From NCBI GenBank assembly GCA_041662745.1, contig JBAZRV010000001.1:30001-62000 (forward strand): a DNA stretch of 32,000 nucleotides, written 5' to 3'. The position numbers and the translations under genes were made by a program. The notes beneath the pieces are model-generated. The model made no database searches, was not told the origin of the DNA, and worked only from the letters and a program-made list of their open reading frames with translations. Below are positions 1 through 8,700 of this stretch, piece after piece. Each line of letters starts with the position of its first letter. Positions within the stretch are counted from its first letter, which is position 1. Source of the stretch: Patescibacteria group bacterium. GTDB lineage: Bacteria > Patescibacteriota > Patescibacteriia > 2-01-FULL-39-33.

Positions 1-64
1 CCCGCCAATTGCCTGTCTTGACTTGGCTGGCGGTGCCGGGCTGGGCTGTTATTTTTATCTTCAT
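1..64 (-). CDS. porD: 2-oxoacid/pyruvate:ferredoxin oxidoreductase delta (ferredoxin-like) subunit, N-terminal fragment cut by the window edge
   Basis: The ATG at 62-64 (minus) lies 1 nt after the porG stop. It translates to MKIKITAQPGTASQVKTGNWR, and the TGxWR element is typical of POR delta N-termini. Only 21 codons are visible. Confidence 0.5.
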   Translation of the reverse strand, partial: MKIKITAQPGTASQVKTGNWR

Positions 65-65
65 A

Positions 66-608
66 CTAATTATTACTGATTATTTCATATCCTTTCTTGG
101 CGGCAATAATGTTCTTATCCGCCAACTCTCCGCTGAAACGATTTCTAATCGCTTGTTCTATCGCCGTCATCTTGATCGTGCCGATGAGCCCGGCAAAAGC
201 GCCGAGCATAATCGTATTGATTATGGGCCGTCCCAAAACTTCCTTGGCAATATCGGTTGCGGCCAATGATTTGACTCTGATCCCGCGAGGCAGTTTGGCC
301 GTCAACTCCGTTTCTTTGGTGTTAACCAAAACCACCGCTCCGGCTTTCAAGTCGGATAGCAGTTTTTCGTCGTTAAGCAACGAAGGATCCTGAACAATGG
401 CGTAATCAGGAGCGTAAACTTGGCTGCGCAAACGAATCGGCTTGTTGTCCAAACGCACAAAAGCCATCACCGGCGCGCCGCGTCGCTCCACGCCAAAACT
501 GGGAAAGGCCTGCGCCTCCTGACCGGAATAAAAAGCGGCTTCCGCCAGAAGTTCCGCCAAAGTTACCGAGCCCTGGCCGCCGCGGCCGTGTATTCTTACT
601 TCTAGCAT
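66..608 (-). CDS. porG: pyruvate/2-oxoacid:ferredoxin oxidoreductase gamma subunit
   Basis: 180-aa ORF. The N-terminus MLEVRIHGRGGQGSVTLAELL carries the GRGGQG motif of POR/VOR gamma subunits. A porD-like start follows immediately, matching the usual gamma-delta order. Confidence 0.9.
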   Translation of the reverse strand: MLEVRIHGRGGQGSVTLAELLAEAAFYSGQEAQAFPSFGVERRGAPVMAFVRLDNKPIRLRSQVYAPDYAIVQDPSLLNDEKLLSDLKAGAVVLVNTKETELTAKLPRGIRVKSLAATDIAKEVLGRPIINTIMLGAFAGLIGTIKMTAIEQAIRNRFSGELADKNIIAAKKGYEIISNN

Positions 609-610
609 AA

Positions 611-1477
611 TTATTTGATTCCTTTATATAATTTAATCAATTCTTCCCAAGTATTCAGGGGTACGGCTCCCTCCAGCTTCTTGCCGTTAACATAAAAGGT
701 GGGAGTGCCGCGAGCGCCCAGATCCAAAGCATCGGCAATATCCTCGGTTACCTTTGGCTGATATTTCAATGACTTCAAGCAATTATTAAACTTCGCCAGA
801 TTAAGGCCGGAGGATTTGATGATGGCGTTGAATTCTTCCTCATTATTGAAATTTCCTTGTTGCAAAAATAAGCGGTCATGAAACGGCCAGAACTTGCCTT
901 GCTCTTGGGCGCAGTAACCGGCTTGAGCCAAAACCATGGAATCGTCGCCCTTGACCGGATAATTACGGAAGATAAACAGAATGTCTTGTTCGTATTTATT
1001 GGCGATAGTGCGAATAACGGAAAACTCTTCTTGGCAAACCGGACACTGAAAATCGGCGAACTCCACAATAACCAATTGAGCGTTGATATTTCCCAAATAG
1101 GGACGATCGATTTTTTCCGCCTTTTGCCGGGCCGGACTTTTTTCAAGAGAAGAACTGATGCTGGAAGACGCGGCGGCAATCGTATTGTCAATGGTAGAAC
1201 TGACAATATTAAAAAACAGCGCCTCAGTAGTGGTTGACTGGGTGGTAATACCGTTAGGGATCTGGTCCAATAACTGTTCCAAAAGCGGATTACCGGCCAA
1301 AGTCTGACCGTTCTCGGCTTGGCCGGCAAAATCCAATATCTCACGCATTTTCTGCTCTCGCGACGCCACCTCTACTGCCACCAAGGCAAAGAATCCCAAC
1401 GCCACTAGAACAGCCGCGCCAAGCAAAATTATTTTCCACCAATTGCGCTGGCGGTTGTCAAGCGACGAATAATCCAT
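611..1477 (-). CDS. membrane-anchored DsbA-family thiol:disulfide oxidoreductase
   Basis: 288-aa ORF with one N-terminal TM helix (WWKIILLGAAVLVALGFFALVAV). It has a CPVC active site (FADFQCPVCQ) and a DsbA-like C-terminus (GTPTFYVNGKK). Its stop is 2 nt from the porG start. Confidence 0.85.
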   Translation of the reverse strand: MDYSSLDNRQRNWWKIILLGAAVLVALGFFALVAVEVASREQKMREILDFAGQAENGQTLAGNPLLEQLLDQIPNGITTQSTTTEALFFNIVSSTIDNTIAAASSSISSSLEKSPARQKAEKIDRPYLGNINAQLVIVEFADFQCPVCQEEFSVIRTIANKYEQDILFIFRNYPVKGDDSMVLAQAGYCAQEQGKFWPFHDRLFLQQGNFNNEEEFNAIIKSSGLNLAKFNNCLKSLKYQPKVTEDIADALDLGARGTPTFYVNGKKLEGAVPLNTWEELIKLYKGIK

Positions 1478-1545
1478 AATTGTTATCTTGATTATAACAA
1501 CTTTTACCCGGAATTGCCACTATTTGATTTTGGAATCGCCACTGC

Positions 1546-1573
1546 TTGATTTTTCCGGCTCAAGAGTTATAAT
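1546..1573 (+). promoter_or_regulatory. candidate sigma70-type promoter for the small ORF at 1596
   Basis: TTGATT (1546-1551), 16-nt spacer, TATAAT (1568-1573). Confidence 0.4.
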
Positions 1574-1595
1574 TCATACAAATAACAATAAAAAT

Positions 1596-1793
1596 ATGCT
1601 AAATCCCGAAAGTGGCGACAGGGGGCGCCATATCTACGCCAATAAAAATGGCGAGGACGTTTACGAAGCCACCCCGCCATCCGGCCAAGTCGGCCAGGCA
1701 GAGACACCCGAATGGGAACGCGACTTCCACAAGCGCTTTGCCGGGCTCGGCCAAAAAAACAAAAGAAAAACTATTTACGATAAAACGGAATAG
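1596..1793 (+). CDS. small hypothetical protein (65 aa)
   Basis: This is the in-frame ATG inside ORF 1488..1793, lying just downstream of the candidate promoter, so the upstream part of the ORF would not be transcribed. A strong hairpin terminator follows. There is no clear SD and no family recognised. Confidence 0.35.
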   Translation: MLNPESGDRGRHIYANKNGEDVYEATPPSGQVGQAETPEWERDFHKRFAGLGQKNKRKTIYDKTE

Positions 1794-1816
1794 CGCCGAA
1801 TTATAATCTGTGACTT

Positions 1817-1846
1817 AAAATCCTCTTGATTTAGCAAGAGGATTTT
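1817..1846. terminator. bidirectional intrinsic terminator
   Basis: aaaatcctcttg / attta / caagaggatttt is a perfect hairpin flanked by an A-run and a T-run. It sits between convergent genes and overlaps the stop of the acyltransferase gene. Confidence 0.75.
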
Positions 1847-3045
1847 TTAGAGGATTTTTTATCGGCAATTTTATTTGAACGCGACCCGGCGAAACGATTA
1901 AACAGCCAACCCAAAAGCAATAAGCCGGCCAGCCAAACAACGGTTAGCAACGCCGGCGGCAGAAATTCCAACCAGTCGCTGTAACGGCTGATAATCGGCC
2001 AATGCCATAAATAAATTTCAAACGAATAAATGCCGAAAACTTCTAATAGGACGAATTTGACTTTTTTAAGGATAAATACCAATACCAGGCACAACATAGT
2101 AAACAGGGCGATCACTTGCTCAGGCCAAACCCCGTGTCCGACACCCGAATAATAAGCGGTATAAATAGCGGCAACGATAAAAATAACAAGCAAAAACCAA
2201 CGCCAATAATCAGACTGGGACCTGAAACGCGCTAAAACTCCGGCCAGCCGCTTTCTCTTGCCGATTATAGCGAACCAAGACTTGATTTTTTCCGCCGCCG
2301 CTCGAGGCCGGCACTTATCGCGGCGAAGGCATGACCGGCAAACCGCTTGAGGAGAAACCAAAAGCAAAGCGAATAAAACGCCCAGGGGAAAGGCCAGCGA
2401 ATGCACCTGATAAAATTTTAAAACTTGATCGGAGACCGGCCAACCCGGCCAGAAAGCCAAAAAGCTTACAGCCGTAATCGCTATCGCCGAAAACCAAGGA
2501 TGCTTGGGCCGAAAGATCAAGGGGAATAATAAATAATAAAAAATCAGTGGCGTCAAAAACCATAAAGGCGAATTAAGCGAAGTCCACAAATTAGCGATCG
2601 GAAAAAATCCGATAAATGACAGGACGACTTCCGTAAGCGGATAAAAACGATTAAGCAACCAAGCGTCTAAGCCCAAAAATAAAATCAAAGACAGCCATAA
2701 CGGCCAATAAACTTTCAATATCCGTTTCTTATAAAACTGTCCGATCGTTTTGGGATGGTAAATAGCCGAGGCTGCTAAGCCGTAACCGGACAAGAAAAAA
2801 AACAAGTTGACAGCCACACCGCCCCAAATCCCCAAGGGGAATAAAAAATCAGTGCCGTAAAACTTGCCATAAGTCAAATGAGTAAAAATCACGCCCAAAA
2901 TCGCCAAACCGCGCAGTTCATTGGATATCTCCTTAGGCAAAAGGCCGGGAGCGATCCGGCGACGCGCGGAAATAAAAACCGCCGTGCCCAAAAGCGCTAA
3001 AAAGATAGCGGTTTGGCCGGCGATGTAATTACTGAATAATATCAT
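1831..3045 (-). CDS. acyltransferase-3 (AT3) family integral membrane O-acyltransferase
   Basis: 404-aa ORF that is hydrophobic throughout with about 10 predicted TM segments. The N-terminal region (NELRGLAILGVIFTHL) resembles the AT3 conserved R/H region. It overlaps the upstream SGNH gene by 17 nt. Confidence 0.8.
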   Translation of the reverse strand: MILFSNYIAGQTAIFLALLGTAVFISARRRIAPGLLPKEISNELRGLAILGVIFTHLTYGKFYGTDFLFPLGIWGGVAVNLFFFLSGYGLAASAIYHPKTIGQFYKKRILKVYWPLWLSLILFLGLDAWLLNRFYPLTEVVLSFIGFFPIANLWTSLNSPLWFLTPLIFYYLLFPLIFRPKHPWFSAIAITAVSFLAFWPGWPVSDQVLKFYQVHSLAFPLGVLFALLLVSPQAVCRSCLRRDKCRPRAAAEKIKSWFAIIGKRKRLAGVLARFRSQSDYWRWFLLVIFIVAAIYTAYYSGVGHGVWPEQVIALFTMLCLVLVFILKKVKFVLLEVFGIYSFEIYLWHWPIISRYSDWLEFLPPALLTVVWLAGLLLLGWLFNRFAGSRSNKIADKKSSKKSSC

Positions 3046-3775
3046 AAATCAAATCAGCCCACAGGGCGTAACCCCTGTCCGAGGGGTGGAATCTGTCTGC
3101 CGAGTATGCACCGGAAACGGCCTTCTGATCGGCGCTAAACGGCTTAGCCGAGATGGTATGCAAATCAATCAGCTTCACTCCGGTTTCTTGCGCCACTTCG
3201 GCGATAACGGCATTATATTCTTTAAGCTCTAATTCAAAATACCAATTGTAAGGCGGCAGGACCAAGTCCCGGGCGCCCAAGTAGGGCAAATTAATCAGAT
3301 ATATCTGCGCCTGGGCGATTTGTTGCAATGACCTGACCGCGGTCTCCAGATTGCTTTTGAACTTTTCTCGCGGCACAAAATTATGCATGTCATTGGTGCC
3401 GATGAATAAAGTAATCATTTGGGGTTGCATCTGTCCGGCAGCAATGACTTGGCCGGTCAGAATATCAAAGCTGGTGGCCCCGGGTACGCCTAAATTATTG
3501 ACAATGACTTGCACTCCGGAAGCGGCGGCTATTTTCTGCGCCAAAGCCCCGGGCAAAGAAGTAGCGGCGGAAGTCGCTCCCACGCCGGCTGTCAATGAAT
3601 CGCCTATGGCCACATAAGTCATCCTTTGCCCTTTTTCTTCAGTCATATAGTTTTTTTCTGCCGGCGGACTGATTAATTCAAATTTTGAATAAATATAAGC
3701 ATAAGCGCGATTGAGATAGATGCCGATCAGCGCGACAATTATGATAATAATGATTAAATTCTTATGCTTAGCCAT
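3029..3775 (-). CDS. SGNH/GDSL hydrolase-type esterase with N-terminal membrane anchor
   Basis: 248-aa ORF with an N-terminal TM helix (NLIIIIIIVALIGIYL). Block I is GDS (VAIGDSLTAGVG), block III is GTND (LFIGTNDMH) and block V is DxxH (DRFHPSD). Confidence 0.85.
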   Translation of the reverse strand: MAKHKNLIIIIIIVALIGIYLNRAYAYIYSKFELISPPAEKNYMTEEKGQRMTYVAIGDSLTAGVGATSAATSLPGALAQKIAAASGVQVIVNNLGVPGATSFDILTGQVIAAGQMQPQMITLFIGTNDMHNFVPREKFKSNLETAVRSLQQIAQAQIYLINLPYLGARDLVLPPYNWYFELELKEYNAVIAEVAQETGVKLIDLHTISAKPFSADQKAVSGAYSADRFHPSDRGYALWADLIYDIIQ

Positions 3776-3824
3776 GGCTTTATCTTAGCAAATTGGAGGC
3801 AAAAAAACAAAAACTCCGGCAATT

Positions 3825-3851
3825 AAAAACACCGTCCCCGAGAGGACGGTG
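3825..3851 (-). terminator. intrinsic terminator closing the orphan two-gene unit
   Basis: On the minus strand, caccgtcc-tctcgg-ggacggtg is followed by TTTTT. It begins 13 nt after the stop at 3864. Confidence 0.75.
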
Positions 3852-3863
3852 CTACAAACGATC

Positions 3864-4517
3864 TTAATAAGACGAGGCCAAAAGCCGCAGATTCTCCAAA
3901 GCTTTGTCGCGCCTTGAAATAAACTCCGCTTTGGATTGAGGTGATAACCCCGCCTCCAAATCGGCATTCTTATAAATACACGATAGCGCTGTAAAAACCA
4001 AACAAAGAATAGAAATATCGGCTTTACAACTACCGCCAGAACGGTTAATACTGTCAATAATCTCTTGTGTTTCCCGCTCAATTCTCCTTAGTACATCTTG
4101 CCGGATAGCTACGTCATGATTGACCACCGCTAATTCCAAATCATCCCTCGGATCATTAGTACAATAAGCGCGAATAAGCATGATATCGGAAACAATCACT
4201 AATTCTTCCAGGGTGCGAGCCGTTTTAATTAGAGAATCTATAATGACTCGTTCCCAATCCAGACCCGAATAAACCTTCCGATAAAGCTTGTGCCAATCGG
4301 AAAAAGAACTGGCCGTTTCCATTAGGCGACGCTTAAGCGGATCGGTAAACAAATCAAAATTGCTGAAATCTGAATGAAAATGCTCCAAGTATTTTTCCAG
4401 ATCGGCGAAGGTCAAATTCTTTAAGAAACTTTCAATTGACATAAAACGCTTCTCGGCAATCTTGTGAGCCATTCTCAGGCCAACCAAATCAACCAAACAT
4501 TTAACGCTCATAGCCAT
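3864..4517 (-). CDS. hypothetical protein (217 aa, predicted all-helical, cytoplasmic)
   Basis: The start was moved from 4547 to the ATG at 4517 (MAMSVKCL...), which is preceded by AAAGGAG with a 7-nt spacer. No family recognised. ORF 3785..4081 on another frame overlaps it and is discounted. Confidence 0.6.
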   Translation of the reverse strand: MAMSVKCLVDLVGLRMAHKIAEKRFMSIESFLKNLTFADLEKYLEHFHSDFSNFDLFTDPLKRRLMETASSFSDWHKLYRKVYSGLDWERVIIDSLIKTARTLEELVIVSDIMLIRAYCTNDPRDDLELAVVNHDVAIRQDVLRRIERETQEIIDSINRSGGSCKADISILCLVFTALSCIYKNADLEAGLSPQSKAEFISRRDKALENLRLLASSY

Positions 4518-4564
4518 CAATAATCTCCTTTTGTTGCTAGGAAGCATTCGCTGTCCTCAATGTG

Positions 4565-5545
4565 CTAACACGCCGGAGCAAAACCCACAGCCGAACCGAA
4601 ATTTGCCCTGATCAAAATCCGATATGCTTCACAAAAAACTTGAGACTCCGGTGAATCGGAAGCGCAACTGGAAGCGCTTCTGAAAGAAGCCGACAAACAA
4701 AAATCAATACGCCTCTCCAGTGGAACATCGCAAGGACGTTCATGGCTCTCGCCGGGCGAATATTCGGTACCGGGACAATTAATGCCCAGACAGCCGGGCT
4801 GGCCGATAAGATCCGGATGAGTCAGTAAAGCGGCGGCCATAACATAATGACATAAGCCGAATTCACTTTCACCATACCGTTCCTTTACATATCTAATGCT
4901 GGCCCCGCGCCATCTCATGCCGAAGTTAACCGGAATTACCAGATAATCACCGAGCAGATACTCATCCAGTTGCCCCAAAAAACCGCGAGTCCTGGCGGTA
5001 GGACGAAGATGGCCATTGTATTTGACTTCTTCAACAAAACGTCCAAGAGGCATAATCTTATTAAGCAACCCAAATAATTCTCCCGCCGCCTTATAATACC
5101 CGCCCAAACAGGAAAACTTGGGAACAACGAGATCAAGCTCAAGCTTCTGGGGCAACTCCCGTTCCTCAAGATGCCTGTTTCCGCAAAGCTCATAGACATG
5201 CGAAGCATCTAAATTCCCGGTCAACTCCAGTCGGCGCCAAAAGTTAAGCTGTTCTCTTACTGAGCGTCGCCGAAAATTACGCGGGTAAGTGAAATTTGAA
5301 TCCACTCGTTCATTGGCATGGGGCAGTTTATCGGCATCAGGATCTTCATAACGCCCCTCAATCAAACCCTGCAAGGGCTTCTTAACCGATTTTGGATCAA
5401 TGGTTCTTTCCCTAATGCGACGATGCAAATCCGCCGTTTGGTCAAAAACTTTCAGCCGAGCCATTTCCCGCTCAAGCTCCCTACTTTTCTCTTCCGCCTC
5501 TTTCAACCGTCGTCCTGCTTCGTCTGCGACATTTTTTTCTGTCAT
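4565..5545 (-). CDS. hypothetical protein (326 aa) with charged coiled-coil N-terminus and Cys-rich C-terminus
   Basis: AGGAG lies 8 nt upstream of the ATG. The N-terminus is RRLKEAEEKSRELEREMARLK. The last 60 aa or so contain multiple Cys (CLGINCPG...PCDV...FCLS...SCAS...FCEA...APAC). No family recognised. Confidence 0.65.
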   Translation of the reverse strand: MTEKNVADEAGRRLKEAEEKSRELEREMARLKVFDQTADLHRRIRERTIDPKSVKKPLQGLIEGRYEDPDADKLPHANERVDSNFTYPRNFRRRSVREQLNFWRRLELTGNLDASHVYELCGNRHLEERELPQKLELDLVVPKFSCLGGYYKAAGELFGLLNKIMPLGRFVEEVKYNGHLRPTARTRGFLGQLDEYLLGDYLVIPVNFGMRWRGASIRYVKERYGESEFGLCHYVMAAALLTHPDLIGQPGCLGINCPGTEYSPGESHERPCDVPLERRIDFCLSASFRSASSCASDSPESQVFCEAYRILIRANFGSAVGFAPAC

Positions 5546-5633
5546 GACGAATTCTCCTTTGTCAAAGTCCTTGCCCTGTTGGCACTATGCCGCTTGGGCC
5601 AAGCGAAATCCTAAACCATTAGGATATCAAATA

Positions 5634-5662
5634 ATAATACCAAATCTAATAAATCCTGTCAA
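5634..5662 (-). promoter_or_regulatory. sigma70-type promoter of the orphan two-gene unit
   Basis: On the minus strand: TTGACA (5662-5657), 17-nt spacer, TATTAT (5639-5634). It lies directly after the ileS terminator. Confidence 0.65.
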
Positions 5663-5678
5663 TAATCGCAGTTTAACC

Positions 5679-5703
5679 AAAAAGCGGCCGTCACCGACCG
5701 CTT
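5679..5703 (-). terminator. intrinsic terminator after ileS
   Basis: On the minus strand, an aagcgg...ccgctt hairpin is followed by TTTTT. It starts about 25 nt after the ileS stop. Confidence 0.6.
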
Positions 5704-5727
5704 CTCTTAGTAAAAAATATTTACCGA

Positions 5728-8700
5728 CTAAAGCTTTTCAATTTTTATCTTTACTTTTTCGCCGTTAATACTGACTGCCTTGGCATCGCTATCAGCCTCT
5801 ATGATTTCCTGAGTTAGGGTGGATTTTTTCAATTCCTCATTAAGCAGAGCATCGCCAAAGACTTTTTTAACCGTTTCTCCTTCACTCTGCCAGCTCAGTT
5901 TAATCCGGTCTTTAATGGTCAAGCCGGCATCCTTGCGCAAGGTATTAACAGTCCTGACAAATTCGCGCCAAGCGCCTTCAACTTTCAATTCATCAGTCAG
6001 ATCGGTATCCAATTCCAATTTAATCTCCGTCCCGCCGGCAAACTCTAAATTCTTAAGATTCAGTTTGTCCTTAATCAAATTTATGAGTTGCTGTTTATAT
6101 GGTTCTTCGGCTAACGCCAAACCGAAAACCGTGGCCTTGTTAAGCGGTTGCCTGATTTTTATCTTAGCTTCGGCGCGGGCGGCTAAGCCCAACTCTTCTA
6201 TGGCAGCGGCCAAACCCATCTGCTCTTTCAATTTGTCGCTGTAAGCGCTCGCCTCCTTGCTACCGTATAATTCCTTATCAATTTCCGGCCAACTCTCCAA
6301 ATGGACCGATTCCTTCTCACCGCCGATCTGTTTGTAAACGTATTCGGCGACAAAGGGCGTAAAGGGTGCCATGATCTTGGATAATTCCAGCAGGACGAGC
6401 CGGAAAGTGGCGATGGCTTGATTCTTGTCCGCTTCATCATCGCCCTTCAAGCGTTCGCGCGACGATTGCAGCCAACGAGTGGAGAACTCGTCTATGAATT
6501 CAGCCAAGGGGCGGGTGGCGCGGGGCAAATCATAAGCTTCCATGTTCTTGGTCACTTCCAAAAGCAACAGATTTAACTTTACCGACAGCCATTTATCCAA
6601 AATATTATCGCTTTTAACCGGCTCGGACGCCGCTGTCCCAGAAACTTCGTATAACTTATAAAAACTCAGAATATTATTCAACAGCATGGTAACCTTTTGC
6701 ATTGCTTCTTTGACGGCGTCATCGGAAAAATTCAAATTTTCCGCAGTCATGACTGGCGCGGTCAAAAGATAAAAACGCAAGGCGTCGGCGCCGTATTTGT
6801 CCATGATTATTTCCGGTTCCGTGTAATTCTGCAAGCGCTTAGACATCTTCTTGCCGTCTTCAGCCAGAACAATGCCGTTGACAATGACGTTTTTGAACGC
6901 TTCGCTGTCTCGTACGGCTGTAGCAATGATGTGGAGATAATAAAACCAAGCGCGCGTCTGATCCACGCCTTCGGCAATAAATTGCGCCGGAAAACCGGCC
7001 AGGAATTTCTCCTGATTCTCAAACGGATAATGCTGTTGGGCGTAAGGCATGGAACCGGAATCAAACCAAGTGTCCAGCACATCGGGAATTCTCGTCATTT
7101 TTTGGCCGCATTCTTGACAAACAATCTGCCATTGGTCCACGAAATGCTTATGCAAATCGGTTATCTTCTGTTTTATCTCCAGCACTTGCCCTTTCTCCAC
7201 CGCCAAATCCCTAAAGGTTTGGCTCGGTTCGTAGCCGTAAAGCCTGCCCAAAAACGACTTGATCGTGTCTTCGTGGCTGACCAATAAAATATTCTTGCCT
7301 TCGTACTTTTCATTCAATTCTTGATACAGGGCCAGGGTCCGCTCCGTCACTTGCCGAACGCTTTCACCGGCCGGATAAGCATTATCCCAATCGCTTTTCC
7401 ATTTGGCGATAACCGCCTTGGCTTTATCGTCAACATCGGATTGTTCTTCCAGCTCGCCGGCATCAAGCTCGTTCAAGCGGGCGTCAAAAACCAGCTCTGC
7501 GCCCGTAACTTCGGCGATGAGCTGAGCCGTTTCCTTGGCGCGCAAGACTTCGGAAGAAACGATCAAATCAATTTTTTTATCTTTCAATCCGTCGGCGGCA
7601 ACTTTAATTTGTTCTCGGCCGTTAGCTGTCAATGAGTAAACACCCAAACCGCTGCTGAACACGTGTTTAATATTCTTTTCCGCTTCGCCATGCCTGATGG
7701 CGAAAAAATTATTCCGATCTATTTTCAGCTCTTCCAGCTCAGCCACGCTGCCGATGACTTTTATTTCACCGCACTGGCACCGCCACAGCGGAATGACGCT
7801 GGCCCAAAATCGCTGACGGGAAATTGACCAGTCGCGCGCGCCCTCCAGCCATTTGCCGAAACGGCCTTCCTTAATATGCGCCGGCGACCAATTAATATTC
7901 TTGGCGGTTTCCAACGCCTTCGCTTTGATGTCTGTTACTTTGACAAACCAGGAACTGGTGGCGTAATTGATCAGCGGCGTATCGCACCGCCAGCAATGCG
8001 GGTAGCTATGTTCGTATTCGGCGCTGGCAAAAAGCAGTTTGTGTCTGTCCAGATATTCAATGACTTTTTTGTCGGTTGCCTTGGTATCTTCCGCCGGCTT
8101 GACATTCAGGCCGGCAAAATCAGCCACTTCATCCTTAAAATTCCCTGCCAAGGTCACATTCTGAATGAAAGCCAAATTTTCTTCTTGGCCCAATTGCATA
8201 TCTTCTTCACCATAAGCCGGAGCGATATGCACTACGCCGGTGCCATCATCGGTGGTGACGAAATCAGCGGCTACGATAGTGTATAAATTTTCTTTATTGG
8301 GCAAATCTTTGTCTAAATAATATGGGAATAACGGCTTATACTCTTTGCCAATCAATTCTGAACCCTTGAACTTGTCCAAAACCCGGACTTGCTGGCCGGC
8401 AAAAACTTTCTCCAAAAGCGCTTCAGCCAAAATCAATTTTTCACCGGGTCTGACCACTGACATCGTAGCAGTTATCTTATTCCCGCCTTCAACATCATAA
8501 GCTTCCATTTTCTTATTGGCGCCAGAACTGACGACAACATAGTCAATATCTTTTCCCACCGCAAGCGCCACATTGCCCGGCAGAGTCCAAGGCGTGGTCG
8601 TCCAAGCCAAAACATAAGCGCCCGGCTCATCAACCAACTCAAATTTAGCCGTCACCGACAAATCCTTAATATCCTTATAACCCTCACTAACCTCCTGCTG

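Noticed and set aside
3785-4081. 98-aa ORF overlapping the 3' end of the 217-aa gene, plus many other nested or antisense ORFs in the track (for example 775..1344, 2315..2563, 6697..7287, 7876..8286, 16219..16458, 23416..23928, 26429..27124).
   Set aside because: All lie inside or antisense to longer ORFs that have recognisable conserved motifs or better translation signals. Their sequences are low-complexity or lack start signals, as is typical of shadow ORFs.
7159-7725. Possibility that the ileS insert is an intein or a mobile-element insertion.
   Set aside because: No intein splice-junction residues are present (no Cys/Ser/Thr at the N-junction followed by block A, and no His-Asn plus nucleophile at the C-junction). 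There are no homing-endonuclease motifs and no flanking repeats. The motifs instead match a histidine phosphatase domain.
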